Shown: positions 29,005 to 38,431 of the stretch, piece after piece
Layout: each line of letters starts with the position of its first letter
Position numbering within the stretch: position 1 is the stretch's first letter
DNA from: an uncultured Bacilli bacterium
GTDB taxonomy: Bacteria; Bacillota_I; Bacilli_A; RF39; UBA660
Assembly (NCBI GenBank): GCA_934122275.1
Contig: CAKOWI010000007.1
Location: 2,466 to 66,465 of the forward strand
DNA length: 64,000 bases
Direction: 5' to 3'
Made by a program: the position numbers and the translations under genes
The notes under the pieces: generated by a model
What the model was told of the DNA's origin: nothing
What the model saw: only the letters and a program-made list of their open reading frames with translations
Databases searched by the model: none

Positions 29005-29418
29005 CTAAAATAAGTCATTAAAATCAATATCGCCATTAACTACTGGTCCATTATAGATAATTGTATCATCAAATGCTATAATTGCTTCAAATACTACCGC
29101 TAAGTAACATAGCCCAATACCAAATCCTTCAGTCTTTCCAAAGCATCTAGCTAGTTTAATGTTATAGGATATACAAAAAATCATTAAAGCTACTTGCCCA
29201 ACAATTGGAAGACCACCTATTAAAAACACAAAAATATAATACCATTTGTAGCCAATGATTTCAAAAAGAATAATAGTATTATATATTGGAACAATTGATG
29301 CCCATCCAGGTTTTCCAGCTTTAACAAACATTTTCCATTTACAAATAATGAAAAATGTAATAATTCCAAGTCCTAAAATAATAAGTAAAATAAAATAAAT
29401 AAAAAATCCTGTCAACAT
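29005..29418 (-). CDS. Small multi-pass membrane protein, DUF5684-like
   Basis: MFVKAGKPGWASIVPIYNTIILFEIIG signature. ATG 29418 follows RBS AGGAGG. Confidence 0.55.
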   Translation of the reverse strand: MLTGFFIYFILLIILGLGIITFFIICKWKMFVKAGKPGWASIVPIYNTIILFEIIGYKWYYIFVFLIGGLPIVGQVALMIFCISYNIKLARCFGKTEGFGIGLCYLAVVFEAIIAFDDTIIYNGPVVNGDIDFNDLF

Positions 29419-29450
29419 AATTATCCTCCTAAGAATAGTATAACATATTA

Positions 29451-29684
29451 TCATAGAGATTTGTTAATCAAAATAACATCTGCTCCTATTTTTTTTATTT
29501 GGTTCCATGATATAGATATTTCATCCCCACCTCTTATCATATTTATAAAACCTTTTTTATCATATATTATAAGTTTTAATATGTTACCTGTATCACTAGA
29601 TATTTGAACATCTATTACGTTTCCTATCTTCTCTCCAGTATTCATATCAACAACATCTTTATTTTGTAAATCAGAAAGTCTCAT
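29451..29684 (-). CDS. ylmC: YlmC/YmxH-family sporulation protein (PRC barrel)
   Basis: LSDLQNKDVVDMNTGEKIGNV.D..I..I..W..I.KIG.DVIL matches the family. Confidence 0.75.
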   Translation of the reverse strand: MRLSDLQNKDVVDMNTGEKIGNVIDVQISSDTGNILKLIIYDKKGFINMIRGGDEISISWNQIKKIGADVILINKSL

Positions 29685-29761
29685 AATATCACCATTAAAT
29701 TATATGATACTTGTATAAAATTACAACATTTTAATCATTACTTAACTAGAACATAGAAAGG

Positions 29762-30547
29762 ATGATTAAAATAGCTAAACATAAAGTAGAAATAACTGGA
29801 ATAAACACTAATAATATAAAAGTATTAAATGATAAAGAAAAAGAAGAATTATTTATAAGATATAAAGATGGTGATGAAAGTGCAAGAGAAGAACTTGCTA
29901 ATGGAAATTTAAAGTTAGTTCTTTCAATACTAAAAAAATATCAAGGTAGAAGTGAAAACATGGACGATTTATTTCAAATAGGTTGTATTGGCTTAATGAA
30001 AGCTATTGATAACTTTGATTTGTGTCATAATGTTAAATTCTCTACCTATGCAGTACCATTAATTCTTGGAGAAGTAAGAAGATATTTAAGAGATAATAGT
30101 AATCTTAGAATATCAAGAAGTATAAAAGATTTAGCATATAAAGTATTAAAATATAAAGAAGACTATTTTATGACAAATGGAGTTGAAGCCCAAAATAGTT
30201 TAGTTGCAAAGGAATTAAATGTAGATGAAATAGATATAATAGTTGCACTTGATGCCATGAAAGACCCGGTAAGTATGTTTGAACCTATTTATAATAATGG
30301 CGGAGATACTATATATTTAGAAGATCAAATAGAATCTAAAAAAGATAGAACTACTAATTGGGATATATCTATATCATTAAAAAATGCTATTAATGAATTA
30401 AAAAATAAAGAAAGAAAAATAATTACAGAAAGATACCTTCAAGGTAAAACACAAATGGAAATAGCAGAGGAAATAGGTATATCACAAGCACAAGTATCAA
30501 GGTTAGAAAAAGAAGCTATTGATAATATAAAAAGATTAGTATTGTAA
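29762..30547 (+). CDS. sigG: Forespore sigma factor SigG
   Basis: Near-collinear with B. subtilis SigG: HKVEITG.., GNLKLVLSI, DDLFQIGCIGLMKAIDNFDL.HNVKFSTYAVP.I.GE.RRYLRDN, GKTQME.AEEIGISQAQVSRLEK. Confidence 0.9.
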   Translation: MIKIAKHKVEITGINTNNIKVLNDKEKEELFIRYKDGDESAREELANGNLKLVLSILKKYQGRSENMDDLFQIGCIGLMKAIDNFDLCHNVKFSTYAVPLILGEVRRYLRDNSNLRISRSIKDLAYKVLKYKEDYFMTNGVEAQNSLVAKELNVDEIDIIVALDAMKDPVSMFEPIYNNGGDTIYLEDQIESKKDRTTNWDISISLKNAINELKNKERKIITERYLQGKTQMEIAEEIGISQAQVSRLEKEAIDNIKRLVL

Positions 30548-30552
30548 TACTT

Positions 30553-30578
30553 AAAAAAGAACCAAAAGGTTCTTTTTT
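30553..30578. terminator. Bidirectional terminator (sigG, and probably the convergent histidine kinase operon)
   Basis: AAAAAAGAACC-AAAA-GGTTCTTTTTT. Confidence 0.7.
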
Positions 30579-30701
30579 AAATGTGGTATAAAAGGAGTAA
30601 GTAGTGTTTTTTTTGAGTGTATGTCGTAATCAAAAATCCCACATATTCTTGATTACACTTTAATTGTATCAAACAATTATTAAATATCTATATATAAATT
30701 A

Positions 30702-31997
30702 TTAAATTTTATTAAAAGATACAGGAAGTATAAATATAATACTAAGTCCGCCTATTTTATTATTTATAGCATAAATATTTCCATTATGAGCTGATATTAT
30801 TTGCTTGCATATAGAAAGACCTAGCCCTGGTATTTTTCTTGATGGATTAGAAGTATATAATGGTTCAAATATTCTTTTTAAGTTCTTTTCATCTTTAATA
30901 CCGCCACCATTATCAGCAATTTCAAATTTTATAACATCACTATATTTAGTTATGTTTATATCAATTAATCCACTAGTTCCATTAAAATGTGTAACACTAT
31001 TTGTAATAACATTACTAAACACCCTTTTAATCTTCGTCAAATCAGCCTCTATATTACATTTATCACAATTATTTTTTATACTTAACTTTATCTTTTTATC
31101 AGCTAATTCATCTTCAAAATCTCTTTTTATAAGATTTGTTATCTCTCCTATAGATATACTATTTAACTTTAATGTTTCTTTTATATTACAACTTTGATAA
31201 TCATCAAACTCTTCTAATATATCTTTCATCATAATAGCTTTATTATATATCTTATTTATGTATTTTTCTTTCGTATCATTATCTAACTTTTTATTTTTTA
31301 ATCTATCTGCATATCCTATTACTGAAGTAAGTGGGGTCTTTATATCATGAGATATTGATGCTATTATCTGATTTTGACTTTCTTTTTCTAATTCCAAACT
31401 ATCTACCATATCAACAAAAGCATTTTGAATCTTTTGCATGTTTCTAGGCATTTTTCTCTTATATGGTCTTTTTCCAAATCTATAATTTCTAATATCTTTA
31501 GTAATAGTATCTATTGGATTAATAACTGTTTTAGAACTTATAAAAAATGCTATTATAATAACAGATGATACTATAACTATTTCATATAACATAAAATTTC
31601 TAACTAGTTTAATTCCGGGAGTATGTAATATTTTAGAATATATAACCTCATAATTTTTACCCTCTATATTAACCATCATAGCAGAAGAAAACAGTTTAGA
31701 AGAGTCTTTCTTATTAGAATATAAAATAGTACCACATTCATCTTTAAAAGTTATATATCCACCATTTTTATTTGCATAATTCTTTATAATTTCAGTAGCT
31801 TCTTCTAAACTTTTACCATCAAGTTTTTTAGTTATGTCATATAAGTTTTTACGATTAATGTCTTTAGAATTAACAATATCATTAGTTACCCTATCAGATA
31901 AATAAAAATTATAATATGAAAATAATAAACCTGAATTAACTGCAATTAATATAATAACTATTAAAACAGTTATAGTCTTATAGGATATATTTTTCAT
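30702..31997 (-). CDS. Sensor histidine kinase (2 TM helices, HisKA + HATPase_c)
   Basis: H-box SHDIKTPLTSV. N, G1 and G2 boxes NSVTH, DNGGGI, GLGLSI. Confidence 0.85.
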   Translation of the reverse strand: MKNISYKTITVLIVIILIAVNSGLLFSYYNFYLSDRVTNDIVNSKDINRKNLYDITKKLDGKSLEEATEIIKNYANKNGGYITFKDECGTILYSNKKDSSKLFSSAMMVNIEGKNYEVIYSKILHTPGIKLVRNFMLYEIVIVSSVIIIAFFISSKTVINPIDTITKDIRNYRFGKRPYKRKMPRNMQKIQNAFVDMVDSLELEKESQNQIIASISHDIKTPLTSVIGYADRLKNKKLDNDTKEKYINKIYNKAIMMKDILEEFDDYQSCNIKETLKLNSISIGEITNLIKRDFEDELADKKIKLSIKNNCDKCNIEADLTKIKRVFSNVITNSVTHFNGTSGLIDINITKYSDVIKFEIADNGGGIKDEKNLKRIFEPLYTSNPSRKIPGLGLSICKQIISAHNGNIYAINNKIGGLSIIFILPVSFNKI

Positions 31998-32674
31998 TCT
32001 AACACCTTAACAAACTTATATCCCATACCCCACACTGTCTTAATGTATTTTTCTTCTTTATCTAATTTATTTCTTAAACTTTTTATATTAACTGCAATAG
32101 TTCCTATATCACCATAATTATTTTTCCAAACACTTTGATATATTTGTTCTTTAGATAATACCATACCAGCATTTTCCATTAGATAAGATAATAACTCAAA
32201 CTCTTTTGTAGAAAGCTGAACTATATCATTATTTTTAGAAACCTCAAAACTTTCTTTAATAAGTTTTATTTCACCTATTTCAATTATATTACGTTTCTTT
32301 TTCTTTAAGGTAAGTTCTTCTCTTCTTAAGTGTGCCTTAACTCTCGCTACTAACTCTTCATTAATAAATGGTTTTGTAATATAATCATCCGCTCCAACTT
32401 CAAATCCAACCAATTTAGATGTAAGTTGTGTTTTAGCAGTCACAAATATAATCGGTACACTAGTTATACTTCTTATTGATGCACAAACTTCAGTACCAGA
32501 TAAATCAGGCATCATAATATCAAGTAAAATAAGATCATAAGCATTTTCTTTTACTGCTTCTAAAGCGCCATTACCATCATTTCTAATATCAACCTTATAT
32601 CCTTCATCTTCTAATATATCTTTTATCAATTCAGCAATATCATTTTCATCATCAACAACTAAAATCTTTTCCAT
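31994..32674 (-). CDS. OmpR/PhoB-family response regulator
   Basis: Receiver domain with DLILLDIMMPD plus a winged-helix C-terminus. Overlaps the kinase gene by 4 nt. Confidence 0.9.
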   Translation of the reverse strand: MEKILVVDDENDIAELIKDILEDEGYKVDIRNDGNGALEAVKENAYDLILLDIMMPDLSGTEVCASIRSITSVPIIFVTAKTQLTSKLVGFEVGADDYITKPFINEELVARVKAHLRREELTLKKKKRNIIEIGEIKLIKESFEVSKNNDIVQLSTKEFELLSYLMENAGMVLSKEQIYQSVWKNNYGDIGTIAVNIKSLRNKLDKEEKYIKTVWGMGYKFVKVLE

Positions 32675-32730
32675 AATAACCTCACATAATTATTATATCA
32701 TCATATTAAATTAGTAAAAATTAAAATTTA

Positions 32731-33414
32731 TTAAATTTCTATATCCTCATTAATAAATTCTTTATTATCAACTAATAACTCATGTATTTCTTCTTCTGGA
32801 GACCTTAAGTATATTTCTTCAATACGGTCTACCATACATTTTTGAGCTTCTATTATAGAATTTACCTTTTTAGTTGCAGTATCCAAATCATCATTCACAA
32901 CAACATAATTATACTTACTTAGTTCATTTATCTCTTGATAAGCCCTTTTAAATCGCTTTAAAATACTATTATTAGATTCAGTACCACGCTTTTTTAATCT
33001 AAGCACTAAATCTTTCATAGTAGGAGGCATAATAAATATAAATATAGTTTCAGGAATACTCTTTTTAATTTTTAAAGCACCCAAAACCTCTATTACCAAT
33101 AATACATCTACTCCCTCATCTAAATATTTTGTAATATTTGATTTTGGAGTTCCATAATAATTATCACCATACTTAGCATATTCTAACAAATCATCATTTT
33201 TTATTAATTCCTCAAATTCTTCGTTATTCTTAAAATAATAATTAATTCCCTCTTCTTCACCAATTCTTGGCTTTCTAGTAGTACATGATACTGATACCCA
33301 AAAATTATCATTATACTCTCTTAATCTCTCACATATAGAATCTTTACCAGAACCAGATGGTCCAGATATTACTATTAAACTTCCCTTTTTATTTTGCTTT
33401 ATTATCTTACTCAT
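32731..33414 (-). CDS. gmk: Guanylate kinase
   Basis: GPSGSGKDS and TTRKPRIGEEEGINYYF motifs. Confidence 0.9.
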   Translation of the reverse strand: MSKIIKQNKKGSLIVISGPSGSGKDSICERLREYNDNFWVSVSCTTRKPRIGEEEGINYYFKNNEEFEELIKNDDLLEYAKYGDNYYGTPKSNITKYLDEGVDVLLVIEVLGALKIKKSIPETIFIFIMPPTMKDLVLRLKKRGTESNNSILKRFKRAYQEINELSKYNYVVVNDDLDTATKKVNSIIEAQKCMVDRIEEIYLRSPEEEIHELLVDNKEFINEDIEI

Positions 33415-33450
33415 ACCTCACCTTAATTAACAAAAAAAGACCTATTGGTC

Positions 33451-33645
33451 CTACTTGCATTTTCCTTCCCCTGGATTACTTCCTTTTTGATAAGTTTCCC
33501 CAACTAATTCACATGATGTCTTAGTAATTGAATCTTTTAAGTATCCACCAAATACCTTTATTAAACTAACTGCAATAACAGTTACTAATGCTATTATAAG
33601 TACATATTCTACTAAAGCCTGACCTTTACTATTTATTTTCTTCAT
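33451..33645 (-). CDS. Flp/Fap-type (type IVb, class III signal) pilin-like small protein
   Basis: KG|QALVEYVLIIALVTVIAV fits the Flp G-XXXX-EY processing motif and hydrophobic stem. 64 aa with 2 Cys. Confidence 0.5.
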   Translation of the reverse strand: MKKINSKGQALVEYVLIIALVTVIAVSLIKVFGGYLKDSITKTSCELVGETYQKGSNPGEGKCK

Positions 33646-33804
33646 CTTATCACACCCTCATATATTACTAATATAAGTTTATCACTTTAACATAACATTT
33701 GTCAATCAAATAAAGGATAATTTTGTACGATATACGTTAAGTTTAACTATCATTATGAAACAATTGTTTTTTAGGTTTTATATTTACTACATTATATTTA
33801 TGAT

Positions 33805-36126
33805 TTATATCCTTCTTCCCTTAATTCTACTTTCATATTCTTCTCTTAGATAATCATTGGTCTCGTCAGTTATTATTTTAACACCAACATGTTCTATATT
33901 ACCTAGGCTTGTTATGTTAGAACCTCGAATGTCTAAGTATCCACCTACACTGCGTAAATCACCTAAATCTGTTACGTTAGAGTCACTAAAGAATGCATTT
34001 CTTCCTATACTTTGTAAATTACCTAAATTTGTTACTTTAGAATTACTAAAGGATGCATTTCTTCCTATACTTTGCAAATTGCCTAAATCTATTATGCTAG
34101 AATAATCAAAGCTTGCATTTCCTTCTATACTTTGTAGATTACCTAGATTTGTTACCTTAGAACTCTCAAAGTTTGCACTTCCTCCTATACTTTTTAAGTT
34201 ACCTAGACTTGTCAAATCAGAACAACAAAAGTATGCTCTTCCTCCTATACTTTTTAAGTTACATAAATCTGTTATGCTAGAATAACCAAAGCCTGCATCT
34301 CCTCCTATACTTTGTAGATTACCTAGATTTGTTACCTTAGAACTAGCAAAATATGTATTTCCTACTATTATTTGTAAATCACCTAAGTCTGTTACATTAG
34401 AATAGCCAAAATCCGCATTCTCTAGTATTATTTTATAAGGACATGTTGTTTCTTCTTTAGGTATATAATCACCTGTGCATATTTCTTCCTCAGTACAATT
34501 ATAATACTCAGCTAAAGACTTCTTTATCTTTGAAAGTTTACTTTTTAATTCTTCTAAATTTGAATTTTCATTTAAATGACTTCTATAATCTTTATGAAGT
34601 AAATCTTCCATAAGTTTTCCACATTCTTCACTTTTAAATGTTCCTTCATCTATTTTCTTATTATACTCTATTAATCTTTTGTTCCATTCTTCTTTGTCTA
34701 ACCATTCTTTTCCGTTTTGTATCTCTTTATTATTTTCTAAAAATGATAACGCAACATCTCTATATTCTTCTTCTAATTCTTGTGCATTTCCATTTTTTAT
34801 TCCTCTTACTTCATCTATTTCATTTCCATTCATCTTAACTGCTATATGTGGTTTATTACTATTATCTACAAATACATAAAAGTCTCCTTGTTCTAACTGA
34901 CTCGATGCAAGTGTTTTTGTACACCATGGTGTATCTTGTACAAGTGTTTTTAATCTTATTACGTTTTCTGCATAGTTTTTACTATCACTTGTTCTTCCAT
35001 CAAACTTAATCCATCTTCCTTTGCCATATGTATTTACGTTTTCTAGTGTTATTTCTGATGCTTCTTTTACTACATTATTAAACTCTGCTACTCCTGCATA
35101 GTATAGTTCCTTAAAGTTTTCATATGTATCTAAGTTATTATATATTACTTTTAACACAGTGTCATTTAAAAGCATATGTCCTTCTATTGTTTCATTTAAC
35201 TTTCTTGGTTTAACTATTACTTTATTATCATCTTTTTTATATACTTTTAATAATGTTTCTCTAAGCATTAATACTTTAAATGCATCTTCATAATTAGCAC
35301 CCTTTATAAAATCTACTATGTGTTTATATTCTTCATATAATTTTTCACTATATATATTAGATAATTCTTCTAAAGCATTTGTTTTATTGTTTCTTATATG
35401 GTCAGCTTTAGCTTTTTCTCCTCTTTGTTCTAATGCTTTTAACTCACTTTCATATTCTCTTATTAGTGATGGACTATCTAAGTCTATTTTAAAATCTTCT
35501 TTTTTTAAATTATATAGTTTATTTAGTTCTTTTTCTATATCTTCTTTTATAATCTGTACTTTATTATCATTTGGAAACATAGGAGTATTTCCATCATAGT
35601 TTTTATTGCCATAATAGTTTGATGCAAATATCTTCTCCCACTTTGATAAACTCATATTTCTTATATTGTTATTCATATTTAATATAAGATATCTTCTGTT
35701 TTCTGTTTCTTTTTTCTCTGATTTTAGTATTTCATTACATAAATTTTCCAACTCTTCTTCTTTAAAGTATGGATAATCTCCTACTAATATATCTATTACT
35801 ATTTCATTATCTATTATTCCTTTTTCTATTTCTTCAGGACTATATATTCCAAAGTATTTTAATTCGTATTCTTCTTTTAATTTTTCAAATTCTTTATTTT
35901 CTTTTAAACTACTTATTATTCTTTCTTTTATTTCTTTAAACACTTCTGTTTCTTCATAAAAGTGTAATAGTTCATGCATGTTTACTTTCTTTAATTCTTT
36001 ATTACTATTTAAATTTAGATATATCGTATTATTTTCTTCATATCCACATACCATTTCGTCATCATAATAAAATACCGTTTCAATACCAAATGTTCTATTA
36101 AATCTTTCTATTTCTTTATTTGTCAT
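33805..36126 (-). CDS. Multidomain protein: N-terminal HExxH motif, PcfJ-like central region, C-terminal 20-aa LRR-like array
   Basis: HELLH lies at nt 35962-35976. The central segment TPWCTKTLASSQLEQGDFYVFVD..PHIAV..EIDEVRG..N is reminiscent of PcfJ-like domains. It is followed by 9 x LGNLQSIGGNASFxxSxVTx. No signal peptide. Confidence 0.55.
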   Translation of the reverse strand: MTNKEIERFNRTFGIETVFYYDDEMVCGYEENNTIYLNLNSNKELKKVNMHELLHFYEETEVFKEIKERIISSLKENKEFEKLKEEYELKYFGIYSPEEIEKGIIDNEIVIDILVGDYPYFKEEELENLCNEILKSEKKETENRRYLILNMNNNIRNMSLSKWEKIFASNYYGNKNYDGNTPMFPNDNKVQIIKEDIEKELNKLYNLKKEDFKIDLDSPSLIREYESELKALEQRGEKAKADHIRNNKTNALEELSNIYSEKLYEEYKHIVDFIKGANYEDAFKVLMLRETLLKVYKKDDNKVIVKPRKLNETIEGHMLLNDTVLKVIYNNLDTYENFKELYYAGVAEFNNVVKEASEITLENVNTYGKGRWIKFDGRTSDSKNYAENVIRLKTLVQDTPWCTKTLASSQLEQGDFYVFVDNSNKPHIAVKMNGNEIDEVRGIKNGNAQELEEEYRDVALSFLENNKEIQNGKEWLDKEEWNKRLIEYNKKIDEGTFKSEECGKLMEDLLHKDYRSHLNENSNLEELKSKLSKIKKSLAEYYNCTEEEICTGDYIPKEETTCPYKIILENADFGYSNVTDLGDLQIIVGNTYFASSKVTNLGNLQSIGGDAGFGYSSITDLCNLKSIGGRAYFCCSDLTSLGNLKSIGGSANFESSKVTNLGNLQSIEGNASFDYSSIIDLGNLQSIGRNASFSNSKVTNLGNLQSIGRNAFFSDSNVTDLGDLRSVGGYLDIRGSNITSLGNIEHVGVKIITDETNDYLREEYESRIKGRRI
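33883..34428 (-). repeat. About 9 x 60-bp coding tandem repeats (20-aa LRR-like units)
   Basis: Residues ~567-748, hand-counted. Confidence 0.8.
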
Positions 36127-36274
36127 TTTTAAGTACCTCTAGAACTTCTTTTTGTGACTTTCCTTCTTTTAATAATCTTTTTATTTTCATTTGTGTTTCT
36201 TTAAATTCTTCTAGTTTTTCTCTTGGTATTCTTACTATTTTATTATCATAAGTTTCTACTAATACTTTTTCCAT
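36116..36274 (-). CDS. Small ORF (52 aa), translationally coupled to the HExxH/PcfJ-like gene
   Basis: Below the track threshold. Product: MEKVLVETYDNKIVRIPREKLEEFKETQMKIKRLLKEGKSQKEVLEVLKNDK. RBS GGAAGG. Its stop overlaps the downstream ATG (AATGACAAATAA). Confidence 0.4.
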   Translation of the reverse strand: MEKVLVETYDNKIVRIPREKLEEFKETQMKIKRLLKEGKSQKEVLEVLKNDK

Positions 36275-36398
36275 AATTTATTTACCTTCCTAAATTGATT
36301 ATAGCAAATTTTTTATTTATTATCTACTAATTCATGGAGTTATTTATAGATGTTTGTATTATTTAAGTATATATGATAATATTATTTTGGTGAAGAAA

Positions 36399-36656
36399 AT
36401 GGAAATAAAGGAAGCTAAAAGTTTTAAAGATAGACTAATAGGATTAATGTTTAAGAAAAACATTAATTATGGTCTTTTATTCAATAATTGCAGAGCTATA
36501 CATACTTTTTTTATGAAAGATAGTATAGACATAATTGCAAAAGATAAAAATAATAATATAATTAAAGAATATAAAAACGTTAAGCCATGGAGAATAATAA
36601 TTGCGCCTAAACATACAAAAAAGATATATGAATTACCAAAAAACACCATAAAATGA
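36399..36656 (+). CDS. DUF192-family protein
   Basis: A.SF..R..GLMF..........LF..C.AIHTFFM...ID pattern. ATG 36399 follows RBS GGTGA. Confidence 0.6.
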   Translation: MEIKEAKSFKDRLIGLMFKKNINYGLLFNNCRAIHTFFMKDSIDIIAKDKNNNIIKEYKNVKPWRIIIAPKHTKKIYELPKNTIK

Positions 36657-36670
36657 ACATTTTACGGTGT

Positions 36671-36859
36671 TTATTTATTCTTAATAAGTGTGTAAGCTAT
36701 TAAGGCAACTACTATAATTATTAAAATTATTATTAAATATCCTTCCGTGTTTGCATTTTTCATTAAAGGATCTATAGACAAAATATAATTATTATTTAAT
36801 CCATATGAACTTCCTTTAACACTTGCTAACAATTTACATAATATTTTTACATACCTCAT
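36671..36859 (-). CDS. Possible small C-terminally TM-anchored protein
   Basis: ORF directly after the CPBP gene with a single TM helix at the C-terminus. Start uncertain. Confidence 0.3.
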   Translation of the reverse strand: MRYVKILCKLLASVKGSSYGLNNNYILSIDPLMKNANTEGYLIIILIIIVVALIAYTLIKNK

Positions 36860-36860
36860 A

Positions 36861-37514
36861 TTATATACTCCATAAAAATAAAATTATAAAATTATATAAA
36901 ATTTTAGTAATAAAATTTATGTAAATATTGTCATTTTTAACATAGATATATGATAAGTATAAATTAACTAATATATAAGGAATTGAAGATATAACAGCAT
37001 TTATGCTAAGTCCCTGAAACGTAATATATATTACACCTAGTGATATAGTGCTAAATGCCATAAAAAAGATATCTTCTTTTATTATTTTCCTTAAATTTAA
37101 TCTAAATATTACCTCTTCAATAATAGGATAAAAAATAAATAAATTAATAATTTGAAGTAAATTTCCAGTTTTTATAGATAATATGTTATTATCATTCAAG
37201 CTAGAAACTACATTATTTTTTAAAAGCTCTATACTAAATATATTTGATACTAGCATAATAATTAAAATCATTAATGTGCTTTTAATTATCACACTAATGC
37301 CTCTTTTATTTATCTTTTTACTATCAGAATAAAAATCATTCTTATATAAAATAAACAAGATTACTAAAAACGCTAAAGCTTCTAAAAAACTATATAAATA
37401 TTCTACTGTGCCTATGCCATTTTTTATTGGCAAGTTAAGTAGTAACAGCCACAAAAAATAAACTATAAGCAACACTATTGATTTTATTTCTATATTCTTT
37501 TTATTCTTTTTCAT
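36861..37514 (-). CDS. CPBP-family intramembrane metalloprotease (second copy)
   Basis: EEVIFRLNL motif, multi-pass membrane protein. Confidence 0.65.
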   Translation of the reverse strand: MKKNKKNIEIKSIVLLIVYFLWLLLLNLPIKNGIGTVEYLYSFLEALAFLVILFILYKNDFYSDSKKINKRGISVIIKSTLMILIIMLVSNIFSIELLKNNVVSSLNDNNILSIKTGNLLQIINLFIFYPIIEEVIFRLNLRKIIKEDIFFMAFSTISLGVIYITFQGLSINAVISSIPYILVNLYLSYIYVKNDNIYINFITKILYNFIILFLWSI

Positions 37515-37534
37515 TACTACCTCACTGCATTATT

Positions 37535-37562
37535 AACAAAAGAAAGAACATAAGTTCTTTCT
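37535..37562 (-). terminator. Intrinsic terminator
   Basis: AGAAAGAAC-TTAT-GTTCTTTCT followed by TTTGTT on the minus strand. Confidence 0.6.
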
Positions 37563-37570
37563 GTACTATA

Positions 37571-37615
37571 TTATATAGCCCATAAATATTTTCTTAAAAA
37601 TTTAATAATTTTCAT
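37571..37615 (-). CDS. Candidate 14-codon sORF (MKIIKFLRKYLWAI)
   Basis: RBS AAGGAG lies 9 nt upstream and a terminator 8 nt downstream. An extended -10 (TGTTATAAT, 37715-37723) lies about 95 nt upstream. Confidence 0.3.
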   Translation of the reverse strand: MKIIKFLRKYLWAI

Positions 37616-37785
37616 TGTACTAATCTCCTTTCTCCAAAGCTTTCACTATACATTTTTTACTACCAATTTACTACAATACATCATTTAGATGATATCATAA
37701 TACCATCTAAATAAATTATAACACACTATAATATTTTTTGTTACTATTATACTAATAAAATAATTATATATTTATGACATTAAAA

Positions 37786-38424
37786 TCATTTTTTTACTTT
37801 AGCTTTTACATAGTAACGTTCCTTACCACCTTTAGTACATGTAACTAGTGTTAACATCTTTACAGTTTCATCATCAGGTTGTTTTAAATAAGAAGCATCA
37901 TCTATACTAGTTATACCATATTCATATACATAATAATTTAATGTATTACCAAAAATATCAGTTATTTCTATAACATCATCCTTAACTAATTTATTTATCT
38001 TAATGAAAAAATTACCTTTCATAAAATTATGACCACCAATAACTACATTACCATAAGTATTAAGCGATGGTCCTGCTATCTTTACCGCTGAAACATTTAA
38101 AGAATCTTTTGTATTTTCCTTTATTATCGGTTGATATATATTAATTTTTTTTATTCTTATTTTGCCTAATATTGTATAATTATATCCCTTATAATTAGTG
38201 TCTATTGAATTTGATTCAATAGACTCATTAATCTCATTATTATCTACAGCACTCTTATTATCATCTATCTTTTTATCTACTTTGTCTAATATTCCATTAA
38301 CTATTTCTTTTCTTTTTCTTTCTCTAAAGTTAGTGTACAAAAATAATCCGTCAAACACATAAAGTAATATAATAACAATTACTATTAATGCATTAAATAT
38401 ATACTCTTTTTTTATCTTTTTCAT
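37786..38424 (-). CDS. Sortase (transpeptidase), membrane-anchored
   Basis: GHN.. and TLVTCT catalytic motifs with a downstream Arg (ERYYVKA). Confidence 0.85.
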   Translation of the reverse strand: MKKIKKEYIFNALIVIVIILLYVFDGLFLYTNFRERKRKEIVNGILDKVDKKIDDNKSAVDNNEINESIESNSIDTNYKGYNYTILGKIRIKKINIYQPIIKENTKDSLNVSAVKIAGPSLNTYGNVVIGGHNFMKGNFFIKINKLVKDDVIEITDIFGNTLNYYVYEYGITSIDDASYLKQPDDETVKMLTLVTCTKGGKERYYVKAKVKK

Positions 38425-38431
38425 ATTGCAC

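Noticed and set aside
29685-29761. Forespore-type (sigma-F/G) promoter upstream of sigG (CATTTTA -10-like element).
   Set aside because: I could not find a convincing GHATR -35 at the correct spacing. Too weak to report as a feature.
30590-30660. A 19-codon ORF after AAAGGAG and an 8-bp hairpin GTAATCAA..TTGATTAC between sigG and the histidine kinase.
   Set aside because: It uses a GTG start and gives a hydrophobic, nonsense-like product. The hairpin has no T-run. The region is adequately explained as 3' UTR upstream of the bidirectional terminator at 30553-30578.
33805-36126. The PcfJ-like protein considered as a marker of an integrated conjugative element.
   Set aside because: No relaxase, coupling protein, T4SS components, integrase or flanking direct repeats are seen. 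Flanking genes are housekeeping (gmk) or small-membrane-protein genes.
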